Shown: piece after piece, positions 57,600 through 64,000 of the stretch | How positions within the stretch are numbered: the first letter of the stretch is position 1 | Layout: every line of letters starts with the position of its first letter | NCBI RefSeq assembly: GCF_036971445.1 | Contig: NC_091470.1 | Span: forward strand, 190,402,001 to 190,466,000 | Source of the DNA: Narcine bancroftii | Lineage: Eukaryota | Length of the DNA: 64,000 nucleotides | Direction: 5' to 3' | Position numbers and translations under genes: made by a program | Notes under the pieces: generated by a model | Seen by the model: only the letters and a program-made list of their open reading frames with translations | What the model was told of the DNA's origin: nothing | Databases searched by the model: none

Positions 57600-60500
57600 C
57601 CATCACCACCCACCCCTGTTAGCCACCCCCCACCCGGTCACCACCCACCTCTGTTAGCCCCCCCCTCACCCGGTCACCACCCACACCTGTTAGCCCCACC
57701 CACCCCTGTTAGCCCCCCCCACCTGGTCACCACCCACCCCTGTTAGCACCCCCCCACCCGGTCACCCCCCACCCCCCCCCACCCGGTCACCCCCCACCCC
57801 CCCCCACCCGGTCACCCCCCACCCCCCCCCCACCCGGTCACCCCCCACCCCCCCCCCCACCCGGTCACCCCCCACCCCCCCCCCACCCGGTCACCCCCCA
57901 CCCCCCCCCCCCACCCGGTCACCCCCCACCCCCCCCGGTCACCCCCCACCCCCCCCGGTCACCCCCCACCCCCCCACCTCCCGGTCACCCCCCACCCCCC
58001 CACCACCCGGTCACCCCCCACCACCCGGTCACCTCCCACTCCTGTTAGCCCACCCCCCACCCGGTCACCACCCACCCGTGTTAGCCCCCGGCCCCCACCC
58101 GGCCACCCCCCACAGCTGGTCACCACCCACCCCCCCCACCCCCGGACACCACCCACCCCTGTTAGCCCCCCCCACCCGGTCACCACTCACCCCTGTTAGC
58201 CCCACCCCACCCGGTCACCACCCACCCGTTAGCCCCACCCCACCCGGTCACCACCCACCCCTGTTAGCCCCACCCACCCCTGTTAGCCTCCCCCCACCCG
58301 GTCACCACCCACCTCTGTTAGCCCCCCCTCACCAGGTCACAACCCACACCTGTTAGCCCCCCCACCCCTGTCAGCCCCCCCCACCCCTGTCAGCCCCCCC
58401 ACCCCTGTCAGCCCCCCCACCCCTGTCAGCCCCCCACCCCCCACCCCTGTCAGCCCCCCCACCCCTGTCAGCCCCCCCACCCCTGTCAGCCCCCCACCCC
58501 TGAGCCCCCCCACCCCTGTCAGCCCCCCCACCCCTGTCAGCCCCCCCACTCCTGTCAGCCCCCCCACCCCTGTCAGCCCCCCACCCGTCAGCCCCCCCAC
58601 CCGTCAGCCACCCACCCCTGTCAGCCCCCCACCCCTGTCAGCCCCCCCACCCCTGTCAGTCCCCCCACCGCTGTCAGCCCCCCCACCCCTGTCAGCCACC
58701 CCACCCCTGTCAGCCCCCCACCCCTGTCAGCCCCCCCACCCCTGTCAGCCCCCCCTCCCCGGTCAGCCCCCCCACCCCGGTCAGCACCCCCCACCCCGGT
58801 CAGCCCCCCCACCCCGGTCAGCCCCCCCACCCCGGTCAGCCCCCCCACCCCGGTCAGCCCCCCCACCCCGGTCAGCCCCCCCACCCCGGTCAGCCCCCCC
58901 ACCCCGGTCAGCCCCCCCACCCCGGTCAGCCCCCCCACCCCGGTCAGCCCCCCCACCCCGGTCAGCCCCCCCACCCCGGTCAGCCCCCCCACCCCGGTCA
59001 GCCCACCCCCACCCCTGTTAACCCCCCCACACCGGTCACCACTCACCCCTGTTAGCCCAACTCACTCCTGTTAGCCGCCCCCCACCAGGTCACCACCCAC
59101 CCGTTAGCCCCCCCACCCGGTCACCACCCACCCCTGTTAGCCCCACCCACCCCTGTTAGCCCCACCCACCCCTGTTAGCCCCACCCACCCCTGTTAGCCC
59201 CACCCACCCCTGTTAGCCCCACCCACCCCTGTTAGCCCCACCCACCCCTGTTAGCCCCCGCCCCCCACCCGGACACCACCCACCGATTTTAGCCACCCCC
59301 ACACTCGGTCACCACCCACCCCCCCACCCGGTCACCACCTACCCCCCCACCCGGTCGCCACCCACCCCCACCACCCGGTTGCCACCTACCCCCCCACCCG
59401 GTTGCCACCAACCCACCCACCCGGTTGCCACTCATCCCCCCCACCCGGTCGCCACTACCCCCCCCCACCCACTCGCCCGGTCGCCACCCACCCCCCCCAC
59501 CCGGTCACCACCCACCCCCCCACCCGGTCACCTCCCACCCACCCACCCGGTCACCACCCACCCTCCACCCGGTCACCACCCAACCCCCCACTCGGTCACC
59601 ACCCAACCCCCCACCCGGTCACCACCCACGCCCCCCAGCCAGTCACCACCCATCCCTGTTAGCCCCACCCACCCCTGTTAGCCCCCCTTCCCAGTCACCA
59701 CCCACCCCTGTTAGCCCCTACCAACCCGGTCACCACCCACCCCTGTTAGCCCCCCCAACCCGATCACCCCCCACACCTGTTAGCCCCCCCACCCCTGTTA
59801 GCACCCCCCCACCCGGACACCACCCACCCCTGTTAGCCCCCCCCACCCGATCACCACCCACCCCTGTTAGCCCCCCCACCCCTGTTAGCCCCACCCCCAC
59901 CCCTGTAAGCCCCACCCACCACCCCTGTAAGCCCCACCACCACCCCTGTAAGCCCCACCACCACCCCTGTAAGCCCCACCCACCACCCCTGTAAGCCCCA
60001 CCCCTGTCAATCCCCCCCACCCCTGTCAATCCCCCCCACCCCTGTCAGCCCCCCCCACCCGGACACCACCGACCCCTGTTAGCACCCCCGCACCCGGTCA
60101 CCACCCACCCCTGTTAGCCCCCCCCACCCGGTCACCACTCACCCCTGTTAGCCCCACCACACCCGGTCACCACCCACCCGTAAGCCCCACCCCACCCGGT
60201 CACCACCCACCCCTGTTAGCCCCACCCACCCCTGTTAGCCTCCCCCCACCCGGTCACCACCCACCCCTGTTAGCCCCCCCTCACCAGGTCACAACCCACA
60301 CCTGTTAGCCCCACCCACACCTGTTAGCCCCCCCCACCCGGTCACCACCCACTCCTGTTAGCCCCCCCCCCCACCCGGTCACCACCCACCCCTGTTAGCC
60401 CCCCCCCACCCACCCGGTCACCACCCACCCCTGTTAGCCCCCCCCACCCGGTCACTACCCACCCCTGTTAACCCCCCCTACACCCGGTCACCACTCACCC

Positions 60501-61272
60501 CTTTTAGCCCCACTCACTCCTGTTAGCCCCCCCCACCAGGTCACCACCCACCCGTTAGCCCCCCCACCCGGTCACCACCCACCCCTGTTAGCCCCACCCA
60601 CCCCTGTTAGCCCCACCCACCCCTGTTAGCCCCACCCACCCCTGTTAGCCCCACCCACCCCTGTTAGCCCTACCCACCCCTGTAAGCCCCACCCAGACAC
60701 CACCCACCACTTTTAGTCCCCCCCACACTCAGTCACCACCCACCCCCCCTACCCCCGGTCACCACACACCCACCCGGTCACCACCCATCCCCTCCACCCG
60801 ATCAGCACCCACCCCCCCACCCGGTCACCACCCACCCCCCCACCCGGTCGCCACCCACCCCCCCACCCGGTCGCCACCCACCCCCCCCACCCGGTCGCCA
60901 CCCACCCCCCCACCCGGTCGCCACCCACCCCCCCCCCACCGGTCGCCACCCCCCCCCCCCCCGGTCGCCACCCACACCCCCACCCGGTCGCCAACCACCC
61001 CCCTCACCCGGTCGCCACCCACCCCCCCCACCCGGTCGCCACCCACCCCCCCCACCCGGTCGCCACCCACCCCCCCACCCGGTCGCCACCCACCCCCCCA
61101 CCCGGTCGCCACCCACCCCTGTTAGTCCCCCCCCACCCGGTCACTGCCCACCCCTGTTAGTCCCCCCCCACCCTGTCACCGCCCACCCCTGTTAGCCCCC
61201 GCCACCCGGTCACCACCCACCCCTGGTTAGCCCACCCGGTCACCTCCACCCACCCCTGGTTTGCCCCCCCCC
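57600..61272. repeat. C-rich compound minisatellite (CCACCCCTGTTAGCCCC / CCACCCGGTCACCA / CCACCCCTGTCAGCCCC), ~3.7 kb
   Basis: Directly visible; strong C/G strand asymmetry and repeated higher-order blocks. Confidence 0.97.
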
Positions 61273-62425
61273 ACTTTCAAAGGCACGTGATCAGAAAGAG
61301 TAATTATGCTGCAAGTACAATCTGTTACCAAGGGAACTAATTGATTATGAACAAAATATAATCAATATTGATGCTGAATATGTGGGGGGAAAAACTTTAT
61401 CATTAAGGTGTAGAAAACACTATATATCAACAAGTCCATAATTAACAAAAAATTGATGAAGGAAGCAAGTTTATTGGGCAGCATCAGATTTGAAGAGATT
61501 CTGTCAATTAATGGGTCATTGACATTCGGAGCTTACATATTAATTAGAACAACTTTCTAATTACAAAGTGCACCCGTAACTATTAAAATTTTTCCAGTCA
61601 GATCTGTGATCGCATTAAAATGTAGAAAGGGAACATAAAAGCCAAGAAAAATAGATAATACCTCTTTCATTTTAGACTGTGATGGAATTGCAAAACCATC
61701 CAAAACTTTAAAAACCCGCGCTCATCTTCCTTATGAATGCGAGTCTCTTGCGCAGAAGTAATATCAGCATGGAATATTTTACAAACTTTTTTTATAATCT
61801 TCTAGATTATAGCAGTTAATAGTAAAAGAAACCAAATTATAAGTCTTTGCATGCATAATTTAAAATTATTTTAATAGCTTTAAAAACATGTATTGCGCAT
61901 GTGAGACTTCATTCGAAAGGAGACAGGAACTGGCTTAGACCAGAACATTGAAACAGCAGTGAGATTTTGTCAAGATTGCCCAGCGAAATGAAATCTCTAA
62001 ATAGCCCCCCCCCCCCCCACCAATTCTGAAACTACTTTAACCCACATCTCAAATTGGAAGGACTCCAAGATTAAAACTAATGTTTGTTACCACAAAACAA
62101 ACTATTATTTAAAAACACTAGATTGGCCCACTTTCTGTCCCGACTCCTGGCTATCATTACAGGGATCCAACACAGGCACTTGTGGCAGGTTCCACAGCAT
62201 CCTGCTCCATCGTTAACACAGCAACTCTGTTTGGTCAAGGGAGGGGGGTGCGGGTGAGGTGCCGTCATTCAATTTGATTGTGCTTCTCCAGCAAACGGAG
62301 AGCACTTGGATATTAGTATCATTTTTATCTATTTTTAAGAGCACATCATTTTTTTATATAGATATTACATCCACATTAAGTCATTGATTGTCATATTAAT
62401 CTCAGAGGGATGTGGCTTCAGAGGG

Positions 62426-63089
62426 TGAAATGAGTGTGGAGGAAATATGGCCCCCTGCCTTTTTGGAATGTGTGTATTGAAGGTGGTAATGTATCCTCCT
62501 CGTCTGGAACTTATTTGGAAGTCACATCACCTGTCAATCAAAGTTGGGCTCCGGCCACTAATTAGTGCACACCTTGCCATTGGCTAATTCAAATCACTCA
62601 ATGTCACTATTGGCTAGAGCGCAGTATTTAGCATCAGAACAGGGCACATTGCTCTTTCTCTCTCTCTCCATGTGATGATAGACACGTACACTGTCCAATG
62701 CCACGTTCGCTACGGTGGACGTCACTTGGAAGGTTCGAGTATAAGATGTGCATTGCACTGAAGTTGATCCATAGTATCGCTATAGTTGAAACTGCTGTGG
62801 ATCGATACCTGCAGTAGAGCCACACCTCCTTATGATCAGGGTCCGAGAGAATGCATATACCCCTGGGGACCACTTGTCCCAAGGGTGCCTCCCGATGACC
62901 AGGATTCCAGGAAGGGTGCGTATTACCCCTGCTATAGTTTGCGAATGTCAACTCTGCCTGTTTGAATCAATGTGTTGCATTTTCCCGTAACATTTCCCAT
63001 GCTCTCCTATAAAAGCCACATGTGGTTGCAAGCCCTTGTGTCCAGATTCTTCTCTCTGTAAATCCACCTGATACTTTCTCAACACAACA
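62426..63089 (+). mobile_element. solo LTR (664 bp) with 5-bp TSD GAGGG
   Basis: TG...CA termini; GAGGG at 62421-62425 and 63090-63094; homologous to 48115-48978. Confidence 0.8.
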
Positions 63090-63179
63090 GAGGGTAACCA
63101 GGAGAAGGGTAAAGACCATTATCGTGTCAGTGGAAGTGATGTCTGAAATGAGTATATGGGTTCAAAATGGAAAAGGATT

Positions 63180-63900
63180 GTTGCAGAATTTGTCTTGTAC
63201 AGTTTCTCTGAGCACAATTTGTCACAGCACATGTTCTCGAAAAGAGGAAGGAGGCATTAAATAGCTTTGCAGTATTAAGGAAGGATGTCTGTAGATCTCT
63301 ATGAGTTCAATCTCTGGATATTGTGGGAGGTAAGGAAAGAGTTTGCTGGATCGCCAGAAGATTTTTTTAATTCAATCTCCATTGTGAAGATACTGAGGAT
63401 GATACAAAGAGAGCAAGTGTGCTGGCTTCATTCAAGAGAGGGAGCCGGGATGAACCAGGTCATCAGTAAAGTGGAGTTAACCAAGAAAGTGTAGGATGGA
63501 GCACAGCGCACAAACATGCTGGGGAAACTGACGACATTGAATATTCATCTGGCAACCAGAGGAGGTGGTTGTAGCAGATACTATGACAATGTTCCAGAAA
63601 ATAACTGGCAAATGCATGGATAGAATGTAGATTTTTATGGACCAAATGCAGGGAGGTGGGACTAGTGAGGATGGGCCAATTGTACAGATATACGGATATG
63701 TTGGGTTTCAAGAGATATGGACCTAACGCAGGCAGGTGGGGCATGTATATGTGGGACTGATGAAGAGATAAATGGTTAGATTGGGTTTAAACAGATATTG
63801 GCCAAACGTAGGCAGGTGCATGTTGTGTGTGTGGGACAGTTTGGTCAGCATGAGCAATTTGAGCTGAGGGACTTGTTTTGACATGATGTGACTCGATGTC
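63180..63900 (+). mobile_element. CR1 remnants with tandemly repeated 3' tail pieces
   Basis: ILWEVRKEFAG motif; GGACCAAATGCAGG.AGGTGGG-type block repeated three times at ~63640-63820. Confidence 0.6.
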
Positions 63901-64000
63901 CTGGAAATACATCCATGAATTCCCACTGGCCAGAGGATCAGGCAAGGACCAGGGAGAAGCACAGAAATGGTGAACACGATTCCTCATCCGGCACTGGATG

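Noticed and set aside
57600-61272. Telomeric repeat, or extensin/collagen-like coding ORFs
   Set aside because: The motif is TTAGCCC, not TTAGGG/CCCTAA. ORFs occur in several frames on both strands, as expected for a satellite.

Overview
Eukaryotic, repeat-dense vertebrate genomic DNA with one 200-N assembly gap. The repeat content (CR1/HER1-type LINEs, V-domain HE1-like SINEs, Penelope remnants, Rex1/Babar, RTE) points to a cartilaginous fish; this is an inference. There are no prokaryotic features and no intact host gene. 1-11.7 kb is a triple nest: a minus-strand provirus with an unusual Gag, a tRNA-Trp PBS and a ~46x25-bp array in its leader sits in the leader of a plus-strand HERV-I-like class I ERV (gag-pro-pol, deleted env, 3' LTR), which itself interrupts a Gypsy pol. 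21.8-25.6 kb is a solo LTR holding an ORF1-only L1 derivative (intact ORF1, ORF2 almost fully deleted, poly-A, 18-bp TSD) and an inverted copy of nearby CR1 DNA. 35.8-42.5 kb is a spliced, catalytically dead MULE/SWIM (ZSWIM-like) domesticated transposase gene that now looks pseudogenised. The minus strand carries a decayed TRIM RING/B-box exon (56.6-57.0 kb) and two phase-compatible exons of an unrecognised protein (43.5-45.3 kb). Penelope remnants carry minimal hammerhead ribozyme motifs, and 57.6-61.3 kb is a C-rich higher-order minisatellite. Family names come from motif recognition only, with no database search, and many repeat boundaries are approximate.
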